From Smithella sp. PtaU1.Bin162 (GTDB lineage: Bacteria; Desulfobacterota; Syntrophia; Syntrophales; Smithellaceae): a stretch of DNA of 64,000 nucleotides. This document shows positions 32,244 through 41,677 of this stretch, piece after piece. Each line of letters opens with the position of its first letter. The stretch's first letter is position 1. A model generated the notes under the pieces. That model saw only the letters and a program-made list of their open reading frames with translations. It was not told the DNA's origin and did not search any database. Where the stretch lies: assembly GCA_002068015.1 (NCBI GenBank), contig MVRV01000029.1, positions 114,426-178,425 of the forward strand, in the 5' to 3' direction. The translations under genes and the position numbers were made by a program.

Positions 32244-33447
32244 AAATTTTTCCAGGAAAATCTTATTTTATCCGGTTCTCCTTATTGCAGCTTATTACCT
32301 TTGCTCCTGTTCGCTTGCGCAGGTAAAAATGAATCCTCTTCCCCCCCCGCCGCCAACGGCCAAACTGCGGGTTCATGTTGTGGCGGTTACTACCGGTACC
32401 CCTCCGCAGGGCTTCTGGGATATGACTCCGGAAAAATATGATGCCTGGATGACCGGAAATACTACAAAGATGCTAAGCAAGCTGGGTATGTATGACGTAG
32501 TTCCCGCCGCCGATGTTAAAAAAGTTTTAGGGGAGAGCCGCTTTGCCGGATGGGAATGGAAACGCGACAACTGGGCATTGGCCAAAGATGTAGCGCAAGC
32601 GGTGCACGCCGATTACGTGCTTTGTCTGGAACGCAGCTGGAAACTAAGTTTGCAACAAGAGATGACCCTGTTTAATATGCATACCGGTATGCAGTTTTCT
32701 ACTTCCGGCTATCTTACTCAATCCAGAACCAATGATGAGCGGGCACGTGCCGAAATTGTCCGGATTAATTACCAGACATTATTCCGTGAAGCGAAAGGGG
32801 ATTTTTTGCGGATAGCCCTGCAAAAGGGCAGACTGCTGTCCGGCGAAAAACAACCTGAGGCAACCGCCCGGGCGCCGAAACCGGTGCAGGAGCCGTCCAC
32901 AGTTGCGGAAAAACCGGCGGAAAACGTTACCCAAGGTGAAGTGAAGCCGAAAGAAAAGCAATTGACCATCGCAGAAAAGCAACAGGCTTTTGAAAAAGAG
33001 TTGGAAAAAGCAATATCGGAGAAAGATAAAAAACATACGGGATCGCGTCTTGTCGTTTATGATTTTGACACGCTGGAGCACTTAAAGGTTGTAGGAATGA
33101 TCCTGACTGAATCATTGCGGGAAGAGCTGCATAAACTGGGCGGTTTTGTCCTGATCAGCAGAGAAAATATGTCTCAGTTCATGGAAGAAAGGAAGTTGCA
33201 GGAATCCGGTCTGGTCAATGAAAAACAAGCGATAAAACTCGGGGAATGGATGGCGGCCAACGAAGCGGTGACAGGTAAGGTAGCGGTTATAGGATCTGTG
33301 AGTATTGTCCAGGCCAAGCGAATTGATTTGACAACGCTGGGCACGATAGCGCTCGGTTCGCTCAAATGCAAAACCGGCGAAGAAGATTCATTACTCGAAA
33401 ATATGCCGGAACTGGCGCGCCTGCTTACTCCGGGGAAAAACAGGTAA
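32230..33447 (+). CDS. lipoprotein of unknown function with C-terminal CsgG/LpoB-like domain
   Basis: The ATG at 32230 gives MKKDKNFSRKILFYPVLLIAAYYLCSC, a lipobox-like signal, and overlaps the OYE gene by 14 nt. It has a Pro/Glu/Lys-rich linker, and the C-terminal segment resembles the periplasmic CsgG/LpoB fold family (weak call). Confidence 0.6.
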   Translation: MKKDKNFSRKILFYPVLLIAAYYLCSCSLAQVKMNPLPPPPPTAKLRVHVVAVTTGTPPQGFWDMTPEKYDAWMTGNTTKMLSKLGMYDVVPAADVKKVLGESRFAGWEWKRDNWALAKDVAQAVHADYVLCLERSWKLSLQQEMTLFNMHTGMQFSTSGYLTQSRTNDERARAEIVRINYQTLFREAKGDFLRIALQKGRLLSGEKQPEATARAPKPVQEPSTVAEKPAENVTQGEVKPKEKQLTIAEKQQAFEKELEKAISEKDKKHTGSRLVVYDFDTLEHLKVVGMILTESLREELHKLGGFVLISRENMSQFMEERKLQESGLVNEKQAIKLGEWMAANEAVTGKVAVIGSVSIVQAKRIDLTTLGTIALGSLKCKTGEEDSLLENMPELARLLTPGKNR

Positions 33448-33466
33448 TTTTCCGCCCCAAAATAAT

Positions 33467-33751
33467 CTATTTTTTAAACAGGGCTTCCAGTTTATTCCGG
33501 TTGCCCTGTTTTTCTTTTGCGGGATTCTTGCCTGTTTCCTGCCGGAATTGGAAAAAATCGCAAAAATTGGAACGGGTTTTGTCCAGTACACGCTCCGCCT
33601 GCGGCTCCCGGCAGTCATTGTAGGCGCCTTGTTCGTAAAAAGCACAGTTCAGGCAGCAGCGCAAATCAGTTCCGCAAAATGGGCATTGCTCCCCTCTTCC
33701 CGGACGGCCGTCGATACGAATTTCTTTTTGACACCGGCTGCATATCTTCAT
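33467..33751 (-). CDS. small cysteine-rich zinc-ribbon protein
   Basis: 94 aa with CxxC...CPFC...CLNC cysteine pairs and a basic C-terminal tail. Confidence 0.6.
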   Translation of the reverse strand: MKICSRCQKEIRIDGRPGRGEQCPFCGTDLRCCLNCAFYEQGAYNDCREPQAERVLDKTRSNFCDFFQFRQETGKNPAKEKQGNRNKLEALFKK

Positions 33752-33873
33752 GGCCTCAAAATATTAAGATAATACCGAATAGTCAACACAAAATATCGTT
33801 AATACCGGCTGCATAATTAGGGCGTGCAATTTCTCCGGGAAATGTGTTATTTTATTTCCCGAAGGAGGTGACT

Positions 33874-34347
33874 ATGGCCGACAAATCCAAACTTGGTTAT
33901 GAATTTCCCGTCCGTATCCTGGCAGTGGAAAAAGGCAAAATTGCCGAATTTGCCATGGCCGTTTCCCAAAAGGATTCTCCGGAAAAATTGAACCCCATTT
34001 ATGCCGATGCCGGGGCGGCCAAGAAAGCCGGTTATCCGGGTATCGTTATTCCGCCGACTTTTCCGACCTGCCTTATGTTCTGGACTCAAGGCGGGCTGAT
34101 GGGAGTCGTCAACAGTCTGGGAATCAACCTGGGCCGACTTTTGCACGGGGAAGAAGAATACGAATATTTCGGCAGTGTGTGTGCGGATGATGTTCTTACC
34201 GGAAAGATGAGAGTTGCGGATATGTACGATAAGGAGAAGAAGGACAAACCCGGCAAGTTCATGAAATTTACCGTGCTGGAAACGGAAATGCGCAATCAAC
34301 GGGGGGAGCTGGTGCTTAAAGCCCGCTCAACGTTGCTAGAAAGATAG
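33874..34347 (+). CDS. MaoC-like (hot-dog) dehydratase, N-terminal-type subunit
   Basis: The ATG at 33874 follows GAAGGAGG. It is a hot-dog fold sequence paired with the downstream MaoC subunit, a HadA/HadB-like arrangement. Confidence 0.8.
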   Translation: MADKSKLGYEFPVRILAVEKGKIAEFAMAVSQKDSPEKLNPIYADAGAAKKAGYPGIVIPPTFPTCLMFWTQGGLMGVVNSLGINLGRLLHGEEEYEYFGSVCADDVLTGKMRVADMYDKEKKDKPGKFMKFTVLETEMRNQRGELVLKARSTLLER

Positions 34348-34357
34348 GAGGATATTT

Positions 34358-34807
34358 ATGACCGTGAAATTTGCCGACGTTAAAACCGGAGACGCCTTGC
34401 CTCCCTACACGACCCTTCCTCTTACCCGGACTGATCTTGTCCGTTATGCCGGAGCTTCCGGTGATTTCAATCCCCTGCATCATGACAATACTTTTGTAAA
34501 TGTTTTCGGCATGGAACGAGTCATTGCCCACGGCATGCTGATTATGGGTATTGCCGGTGAGGCTATTACCGCCTGGATAGAAAACAAGAACCTGCGGAAA
34601 TTCAATGTCCGCTTTGCCGGGATGACGGAGCCGGCCGATTTCAACGACCTGGAAGGGACCAGCAAACGGGCGACGATTACCGTTACCGGCCGGGTAACCG
34701 AAAAATTTGAAGAAAACGGCGAGAAGAAAATCCGCTGCGAAATTATAGCGAAAGATGCTTTAGACAGCGTCAAGCTTACGGGATTTTTCATCGCCGCACT
34801 GTCGTAA
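34358..34807 (+). CDS. MaoC-domain (R)-specific enoyl-CoA hydratase/dehydratase subunit
   Basis: 149 aa with the hydratase motif YAGASGDFNPLHHD...IAHGM. Confidence 0.85.
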   Translation: MTVKFADVKTGDALPPYTTLPLTRTDLVRYAGASGDFNPLHHDNTFVNVFGMERVIAHGMLIMGIAGEAITAWIENKNLRKFNVRFAGMTEPADFNDLEGTSKRATITVTGRVTEKFEENGEKKIRCEIIAKDALDSVKLTGFFIAALS

Positions 34808-34829
34808 TTACGATTGTAGATTATTATAA

Positions 34830-34866
34830 GCCTTTGCACGATAACTCGCTGCAGAGGCCTTTTTTA
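34830..34866 (+). terminator. rho-independent terminator
   Basis: GCCTTTGCA (34830-34838) pairs with TGCAGAGGC (34850-34858) with one wobble, then CTTTTTT. Confidence 0.65.
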
Positions 34867-34986
34867 TCTTTCTAGGCAAGAACTGGCTTCGCCCTGAGAA
34901 TTGCATTGACTTTACGTTTGAGCGGGGTAAAATTCGGGTAAAAGATTCTTATTGAATAATTCCTTGATTTTCAATGGAGTTTATCC

Positions 34987-37107
34987 ATGCCGGTTTCTAC
35001 TAAAGATAATACCGTTCCGGGTAAAAATTCCGCCGCTTCATCTCTGCCTGTTCCGTTTCGTGCGCTTCCGGCATGGCTGATGCGCCGTTCCACTATCGTT
35101 GCGCTGGCTTTTGGTTTATTTTTTCTGCTGGTTTTTATTTTTCTTTATTTAGCAGCAAGGCATCTGGAAACAGCTAAAAACAATGCCTTCAAGACAGATG
35201 CAGTGTCAATAAATCTTATCTCCGGTTTAATTACCAATCATGAAAACGCAGTCCGCGAATTTTTGCTCTCTTATGCTTGGCGGACCGGTTTCGTTCAGGC
35301 AGTGAAAAAGAAAGATCCGGAAAAACTAAGCCCTTATTTCAAAGAAATGAAAAAAAATCCGTATGTGGACGGGCTGTTTATAGCTGATAAAGATGGTATC
35401 CTGTGGTTTAACGAACCCTGCTTTCCGGAATCCATCGGGCGGAACTTTTCTTATCGCGACTGGTTTAAAGGAGTTCGTGGACAATGGCAACCTTATGTAT
35501 CTGCTGTTTTTCAGCGGATTGTCGGGGAGAAATCACTGGCGATCGTCAACGCCGTTCCCGTATTCGATGAGCAAGGCAAGCCCATAGGCATTCTCGGCAA
35601 TTCCCATAATCTGCTGTTTATAAATGATATAATTGCTCCGGTTCCGTTGAGTGCTGCAGCCAGAGTGGATATCGTCGACCGTGCCGGACAGATTGTATAC
35701 AGCAATCACATAATTTATAAGGAGGCAGGAACGTTTTATCCGGCGTTGCCGCTCATCGGAAAAGCCCTTCACGAAAAACGGATACAATTGACCATTGACG
35801 ATCAAAAGAATTACTGGGCGCGGAAGTATGTTTCGATCGCATCTGTCGATATTATAGGCGGAGCGGTTATCGTCGAGAGAACCTTAAAGAATATTCTGCA
35901 GGAAGAATTAATTCATTTGTCGGATTTGGCGATTGTTTTATTTCTGTTTTTTTTAGTTGTTGTTTTACTCCTCTTTTTTCTGCGGCATAATTTTATTCTG
36001 CAGGGAGCAGAAAGTAGCTTGCAGGCCGAAACAAGATTACGGGCAAGTGAAGTCAAGTTTAAAGATATGTTTGAGAGCTCCATGGTGGGCAAGTCCATTA
36101 CCAGCCCGGACGGTCGGATTAACGTCAATTCCGCCCTGTGCGAATTACTGGGCTATTCACGGGACGAACTCAATCGACTGCAATGGCAGGATATTACGCA
36201 TCCCGATGATATCGCCTTGACGGCGAAAGCGCTGGAACCTTTATATTCAGGCGCAGCCGATGCAACGCGGCTGATCAAACGTTACCGGAGAAAGGATGGC
36301 GGGGTTATTTGGGCGGATGTCGGCATTACGGTCCGAAGGGACAAGGAAGGCAAACCCGTTTATTTTATGACCAATATGATGGATATAACCGATCGCCGGT
36401 TGCTGGAAGAAAAATCCATCCGGAAAAGCAAGATGTTACAGGCTATCAATAATATTTTTTACGCAACTATGATGGCGGAGACGGAAGCGGCGGTTGCCCA
36501 AAGCTGTCTTGCCGAGGCCGTGGAACTCACGGGCAGCCGCTTCGGTTTTATCGGTAAAGTTATGCCCGATGGTCTTTTTTCGACGATTGCACTCAGCGAT
36601 CCGGGAGGGAAAGATTGCCGTATTGCCGAAGGTGTAGCCGTGAAAATGATAGATAATATGTCGATACGCGGGATCTGGGGGGATGTGATTCTCCGGGAGC
36701 AGGCGTTGATCATCAATGATCCCCCGGCCTATCCGGGCGACGTCGGCCTGCCGCCGGGTCACCCGCCGCTGATTTCGTTTTTGGGTGCACCTCTGAAAGA
36801 TAAAGGGCGGACGATCGGTATGATTGCCGTGGCCAACAGTTCACCCGGTTACACGGAAGTTCACAGGCAGCAATTGGAAGCACTGTGCGTTGCTTTTGTG
36901 GAAGCCATCCGCCGCAAACAGGCGGAAGAAGCGGTGCAGAGAGCCAATGCCGAGCTGGAGGAGCGGATAGCTCAGAGAACAAAGGAATTGGCTGATAAAA
37001 ATGAGGAATTGCTGAGACTCAATAATGTCTTTGTGGGCAGGGAGCTGCGCATGCGGGAACTGAAGGCGAAGATTGCCGAACGCGAAGGAGCAAAAGAGCA
37101 GGAATGA
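34987..37107 (+). CDS. membrane sensor protein: Cache-like periplasmic domain, TM, PAS, GAF, C-terminal coiled coil; no kinase or other known output
   Basis: 706 aa. There are two TM segments flanking a domain of about 270 aa with Cache-like features, then a PAS S-box, a GAF-like region, and the terminal helix ...RTKELADKNEELLRLNNVFVGRELRMRELKAKIAE. Confidence 0.85.
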   Translation: MPVSTKDNTVPGKNSAASSLPVPFRALPAWLMRRSTIVALAFGLFFLLVFIFLYLAARHLETAKNNAFKTDAVSINLISGLITNHENAVREFLLSYAWRTGFVQAVKKKDPEKLSPYFKEMKKNPYVDGLFIADKDGILWFNEPCFPESIGRNFSYRDWFKGVRGQWQPYVSAVFQRIVGEKSLAIVNAVPVFDEQGKPIGILGNSHNLLFINDIIAPVPLSAAARVDIVDRAGQIVYSNHIIYKEAGTFYPALPLIGKALHEKRIQLTIDDQKNYWARKYVSIASVDIIGGAVIVERTLKNILQEELIHLSDLAIVLFLFFLVVVLLLFFLRHNFILQGAESSLQAETRLRASEVKFKDMFESSMVGKSITSPDGRINVNSALCELLGYSRDELNRLQWQDITHPDDIALTAKALEPLYSGAADATRLIKRYRRKDGGVIWADVGITVRRDKEGKPVYFMTNMMDITDRRLLEEKSIRKSKMLQAINNIFYATMMAETEAAVAQSCLAEAVELTGSRFGFIGKVMPDGLFSTIALSDPGGKDCRIAEGVAVKMIDNMSIRGIWGDVILREQALIINDPPAYPGDVGLPPGHPPLISFLGAPLKDKGRTIGMIAVANSSPGYTEVHRQQLEALCVAFVEAIRRKQAEEAVQRANAELEERIAQRTKELADKNEELLRLNNVFVGRELRMRELKAKIAEREGAKEQE

Positions 37108-37123
37108 ATTTCAGGAGAAGGTC

Positions 37124-38179
37124 ATGAAAAGGGTTTTAATTGTCGATGATAATGACGATAATCTTTATTTTCTGCGCGTGTTGCTGGAAGGACATGCCTA
37201 TGAAGTGGATGAGGCGCATAACGGCAGCGAAGCTCTGGTGAAAGTGCTGACGAATATACCGCTCATGATCATATCGGATATCCTGATGCCGGTTATCGAC
37301 GGCTTTACCCTCTGCAAGATTTTGAAAGCGGATGATCGGTTGAAAAATATCCCTTTCATATTCTATACGGCAACATATACCGACCCCAGGGATGAAAGGC
37401 TTGCTCTGGATATCGGCGCGGATGCTTTCATCTGCAAACCGGCGCAAGCGGAAAATTTTCTCGGACAGATGGAAAAGGTATTGGCCGAATACGAGAAAGG
37501 AAAGCTGCCCGTTGTTCGACAAACGGCGGTCGGAGAGACGATGGTGTTGAAGGAGTACAATGAAGCATTGATTCGTAAACTCGAAGAAAAGATGCAGGCG
37601 CTGGAGGCACAAATTGTTTTGAGAAAAAAAGCGGAAGACTCCCGGAAGGAAAGTGAGGAACAGTATCGCTTTTTGTTTGAAAACAGCATGGATGGAATTT
37701 TGCTTACCGAGCCTTCCGGCAAAATACTGCAGGCCAACCCGGCCGCCTGCCGTATGTTGGACAGGACTGAAGAAGAAATATGCCGGGCAGGCCGCAACGG
37801 TATTCTGGCTGCCGACGATCCACGATTGCCCGCAGCGCTTGCCAAACGAGCCCGGACCGGAAAATTCTTCGGCGAGCTGACCATGATCCGCAAGGACGGC
37901 ACAAGATTTCCTGTGGAGCTGTCCACAGCAGTCTTTACGGCTAAAGACGGGCACCTGCAAACCAGCATGATAGTTCGCGATATTACAGAACGCAAGCTGG
38001 CGGAAGAAAGCATCAACAAACTCAATTGCGAGTTGGAACAAAGAGTGCAGGAAAGGACTGTCGAATTGCAGCAGACAATAGCCCGACTGGAGGAACTGAA
38101 CCGGGTGTTCGTTGGCCGGGAACTGAAGATGGCGGAACTGAAAAAAAGAATAGCTGAACTGGACAAAGGTGAAGGATGA
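37124..38179 (+). CDS. response regulator: receiver, PAS, C-terminal coiled coil (no DNA-binding or enzymatic output)
   Basis: The ATG at 37124 follows CAGGAGAAGG. It has a receiver (VLIVDDN...SDILMPVIDG...KP) and a PAS S-box, and ends ...RTVELQQTIARLEELNRVFVGRELKMAELKKRIAEL. Confidence 0.85.
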   Translation: MKRVLIVDDNDDNLYFLRVLLEGHAYEVDEAHNGSEALVKVLTNIPLMIISDILMPVIDGFTLCKILKADDRLKNIPFIFYTATYTDPRDERLALDIGADAFICKPAQAENFLGQMEKVLAEYEKGKLPVVRQTAVGETMVLKEYNEALIRKLEEKMQALEAQIVLRKKAEDSRKESEEQYRFLFENSMDGILLTEPSGKILQANPAACRMLDRTEEEICRAGRNGILAADDPRLPAALAKRARTGKFFGELTMIRKDGTRFPVELSTAVFTAKDGHLQTSMIVRDITERKLAEESINKLNCELEQRVQERTVELQQTIARLEELNRVFVGRELKMAELKKRIAELDKGEG

Positions 38180-38255
38180 AAATGTCGTTGCGAAGAGACG
38201 AAGCGCAAAACAATTTTTCCGGCGGTAATAGAGACAGAATGCGGAAAGAAACCAT

Positions 38256-40511
38256 ATGAACGGATTGGATATACGGACGATATTTTTTTGCGCTTTATTA
38301 ACCGGTATCATTTGCACGGGGGTAATTGTAATCCTTTGGCGGCAGAACCATGAGCGGTTTAATGGAATAGGCTTGTTGGTTTTAGGTTACGCCTTGCAGA
38401 CTTTGGGATTATTGCTGATGACATTACGAGGCGCCTTACCGGAATGGGCATCCATTTTGATGGCCAGTGCACTGATCGTTACCGGGACGCTTTTTATATA
38501 TAAGTCCCTGGAACGGTTTACAGCATTAAACGGTATGCAAATTCATAACGTTATTCTTGTTTTGTTTTTTATCGGAACCACCGTATATTTTACCTATTTG
38601 AAACCGGATTTGACGGCCAGGATCATCAGTGTTTCCCTGACCATGTTGATTCTTTGGGCACAATGCGCCTGGCTCCTGCTGGTCCGTGTTACTCCACACC
38701 AACGCACGTGGACCCGAGCCGTCGGTCTGGTTTTTTCCGGTTTCTGTCTGCTGACGGTGATCCGTTTTATTAAGTATGCCGTATTCGGAGGTAATGAATA
38801 CGATTTTTTTCAGACCCGTATCTTTGATGCCCTGATTATTATTTCCTATCTGATGTTGTTTATTCTTCAGACGTTTCTTTTGACTTTAGTAGTTAATAAG
38901 CGACTTTTGCTGGAGGTAGGAACAACGGAAGAAAAATTCTCCCGGGCGTTTTATTTATCGCCTTATGCCGCCGCACTTGTCAGTATGGAGGAAGGGCGCA
39001 TTACGGAAGCCAATAAAAAATTCCTGGATGCTATTGATTATAAAGAGGAAGAGGTAATCGGGGCAACGGTGATGGACCTGCATCTATGGGAGAGGCAAGA
39101 AGATCGTCTGGCCGTTTTTCATGAATTGTCCGAGATGGGCGGTATTTCCGGGCGGGAATACAAATTCCGGAAAAAGACAGGAGAAATTCTAACCGGTGTT
39201 TTTTCGGCGGCAGTCATCTCTGTTGAAGGCGTAAAGTATTTCTTGTCCACCATCGATGATGTTACAAAAACAATGCGGATACAGGAAGATTTGAAAAAAT
39301 CAGAAAAGTTTCTGCAAAGTATAATCGAACAAAGCCCTTATCCGATGTGGATTGCCGATAAGGGTGGGACGCTTATTCAGATAAATCAAGCCTGCCTGAA
39401 GACGTTTAATCTGGTTGAGGAGGAAGTGCTGGGTAAATATAATATCTTGCAGGATAATATTGTTGCCGAACAGGGGTTCATGCCTTTGGTGAAGGAAGTA
39501 TTGGAAAAGGGATCGACCGCCCGGTTCGATCTTCATTATGATACTTCTCGCTTAAAAAGTCTGCAACTGCAAAAAAGGTCGATTCTCGTTGTCGATACGA
39601 CAATTTTTCCGGTTAAGGATCAACACGGCAACATCACTAATGCCGTTATTCAATTTATTGACATTACTGCCCGTAGGAAGATGGAGGATGCAAATAAGCT
39701 ATTGCACACGGAGCTTCAGCAAAAAGTCGAAGATCGAACCAGAGCATTGCATGATACCCAATTGGCGTTATTGAATCTGGTTGATGATTTGGAACAGACG
39801 GCAAAAAATCTGGCTGATTCCAATAATCAACTGTCGTCAGCCAATAAGGAGCTGACGGCGTTCAGCTATTCGGTATCGCACGATTTGCGTGCTCCTCTGC
39901 GGAGTATGGAAGGATTCAGCCAGGCTTTACTCGAAGATTATTCCGATAAGCTGGATGATCATGGCCAGGATTATCTTAAAAGGATTTGTAATGGCGCAAA
40001 AAAGATGAATGGACTGATCAGCGATTTATTAAAACTTGCCCGGGTCAATCAAGCCGATATCATCCTGCAGGAAGTAAATCTAAGCGCAATCGCGGAAGAA
40101 ATTATACGGGAAAAGCGGATGAACGATTCCGGAGACAATCGAATAGTAACCATTCGGGACAATATAATCGTCAAAGGCGACAGCAATTTACTGAAAATCG
40201 CACTAACCAATCTGCTGGATAATGCCTGGAAATTTACAAGCCTTTCCGCCCAGCCGCAAATTGAATTGGGTGTAAAAAATGAAGCGGGGCAAAGAGTCTT
40301 TTTTGTCAGGGACAATGGTGTAGGCTTCGACATGGAACAGTCGGGCAGGCTTTTCGGCGTATTCCAGCGTATGCACAAGGATGATGATTTTCCGGGAACG
40401 GGAATAGGGTTGGCGACCGTGCAGAGGATTATTCACCGTTCCGGGGGACAAATCTGGGCGGAGGCGGAAGTGGGAAGGGGTGCAACATTTTTTTTTACAC
40501 TGCCCGTATGA
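38256..40511 (+). CDS. 7-TM sensor histidine kinase (7 TM helices, 2 PAS, HisKA, HATPase_c)
   Basis: 751 aa with seven hydrophobic helices in the first ~215 aa, the H-box SYSVSHDLRAPL, and N/G boxes (LLDNAWKF, DNGVGF, GTGIGL). Confidence 0.9.
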   Translation: MNGLDIRTIFFCALLTGIICTGVIVILWRQNHERFNGIGLLVLGYALQTLGLLLMTLRGALPEWASILMASALIVTGTLFIYKSLERFTALNGMQIHNVILVLFFIGTTVYFTYLKPDLTARIISVSLTMLILWAQCAWLLLVRVTPHQRTWTRAVGLVFSGFCLLTVIRFIKYAVFGGNEYDFFQTRIFDALIIISYLMLFILQTFLLTLVVNKRLLLEVGTTEEKFSRAFYLSPYAAALVSMEEGRITEANKKFLDAIDYKEEEVIGATVMDLHLWERQEDRLAVFHELSEMGGISGREYKFRKKTGEILTGVFSAAVISVEGVKYFLSTIDDVTKTMRIQEDLKKSEKFLQSIIEQSPYPMWIADKGGTLIQINQACLKTFNLVEEEVLGKYNILQDNIVAEQGFMPLVKEVLEKGSTARFDLHYDTSRLKSLQLQKRSILVVDTTIFPVKDQHGNITNAVIQFIDITARRKMEDANKLLHTELQQKVEDRTRALHDTQLALLNLVDDLEQTAKNLADSNNQLSSANKELTAFSYSVSHDLRAPLRSMEGFSQALLEDYSDKLDDHGQDYLKRICNGAKKMNGLISDLLKLARVNQADIILQEVNLSAIAEEIIREKRMNDSGDNRIVTIRDNIIVKGDSNLLKIALTNLLDNAWKFTSLSAQPQIELGVKNEAGQRVFFVRDNGVGFDMEQSGRLFGVFQRMHKDDDFPGTGIGLATVQRIIHRSGGQIWAEAEVGRGATFFFTLPV

Positions 40512-40555
40512 GGAAGCGTAACACTATTCGTCGGATTGACATTGTCCGAAAATTG

Positions 40556-40624
40556 AAATCAATGACACTTGCTGAAAACAAGCGAAGTGCGGTTTGAAGC
40601 GAAAGTGGAATTGATCCCGAAAGC
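40556..40624 (+). repeat. 69-bp dispersed repeat, copy B
   Basis: Gap-free alignment to 26839-26907. The hairpin arm carries a C-to-T change paired with a G-to-A change relative to copy A. Confidence 0.7.
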
Positions 40625-40640
40625 AGAGCCCGGCGAATGA

Positions 40641-40768
40641 GGCTGTGTCGCAATGTCATTCTGGAGGCTTTAGCCGAAGAATCTTTTTGTTCCAATGTTT
40701 TGTTTTTATTAGATTCTTCACTTCGTTCAGGATGACAAACATGTACATTTAACTATTGCGACACAGTC
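40641..40768. repeat. ~125-bp nested imperfect inverted repeat (REP/MITE-like or structured RNA)
   Basis: Outer arms are CTGTGTCGCAAT (40643-40654) and ATTGCGACACAG (40755-40766). Middle arms are GTCATTCTG (40655-63) and CAGGATGAC (40728-36). Inner arms are GAAGAATCT (40677-85) and AGATTCTTC (40711-19). Confidence 0.6.
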
Positions 40769-40939
40769 TCAAATGTGGGGTAAAACCCGGCTGATGCAGG
40801 GCGAAGCGGGAGCAGGCTGAGCTATCCGGTATCCAGTGGGTCATATTCTCCGCCCCTTGTGACGAATAGATTGAGGCAGAATCGGTATAATACCCCGCTG
40901 CTTGCGGCGGAATCGTCCATTTTGTAATGTTGAGAAACC

Positions 40940-41593
40940 ATGAAAGCTGAAAAGGAAAACAGTAATGAAGATAATGCCTTTTGCCGGAATATCTGCGGCA
41001 AAAGCATGAAATTGCTCATCGGCAATCTTATTGCTGAAGGTGTGCCCAAAGAAAAGCTGGTCCGTGCGTTGAAAAAGACCGATCCGGAACTGGAAACAAT
41101 TGTTGCAGCCATTCATGAGGAATGCAGGCGCAGTAGGCGAAAAGAAGATCAACATAAAACCTTCGAAGCAATGCGAAAAGATTATCTGACGAGAATTCTT
41201 ATTTACTATCTTAAAGAAAGCGATTCCATTGCCCATGCCGTTTATTTTCCCCGGCAATCATTCAAGATATTTGCCGATGCTGTCCGGAAACTGCTTGGGG
41301 AAAACATTCTGGAAGAGAAACAGCTCCAGTGTTATGTTGTTGTCAAGGACCACCAGGACGAAAGCGGCCGCATAAACTGGGACAAAATCTATGTGGATGA
41401 CCGGGCAAAACAGATTGCCTGGGATGTGCTTTTCCGCATCAGCATGGCTATGGCAGGATTGAGCGGCGAATGGTTCAAGGAATATATTGCCGATTATGCG
41501 AAAACTCACGGTGATTTTTACGGAGAGGGTATGGCGCATTATGTCCAGGAAAGGCTGGAGGGCATTGCCAAAACGTTCCGGCTGGATCGCTGA
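40940..41593 (+). CDS. hypothetical protein
   Basis: 217-aa ORF with ordinary composition and no motif I recognise. The start is uncertain (40940 or 41006). It is co-oriented with the downstream signalling genes. Confidence 0.5.
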   Translation: MKAEKENSNEDNAFCRNICGKSMKLLIGNLIAEGVPKEKLVRALKKTDPELETIVAAIHEECRRSRRKEDQHKTFEAMRKDYLTRILIYYLKESDSIAHAVYFPRQSFKIFADAVRKLLGENILEEKQLQCYVVVKDHQDESGRINWDKIYVDDRAKQIAWDVLFRISMAMAGLSGEWFKEYIADYAKTHGDFYGEGMAHYVQERLEGIAKTFRLDR

Positions 41594-41677
41594 TCTATGT
41601 ATTGGAGAAGAGAATTTCAGTTTATACCGCTCAATATTGCATTTTGAGTACGTTCTGCCAATGGAGGCTGTTTTTGT

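Noticed and set aside
37136-38317. Very long antisense ORFs (393 aa, and 281 aa at 37363-38208) opposite the receiver-PAS gene.
   Set aside because: The translations are Phe/Gln/Leu/Arg-rich with no motifs. They lie exactly antisense to a gene with clear receiver and PAS homology. Purine-rich GAA/AAA/GAG codon usage on the sense strand suppresses stop codons on the opposite strand.
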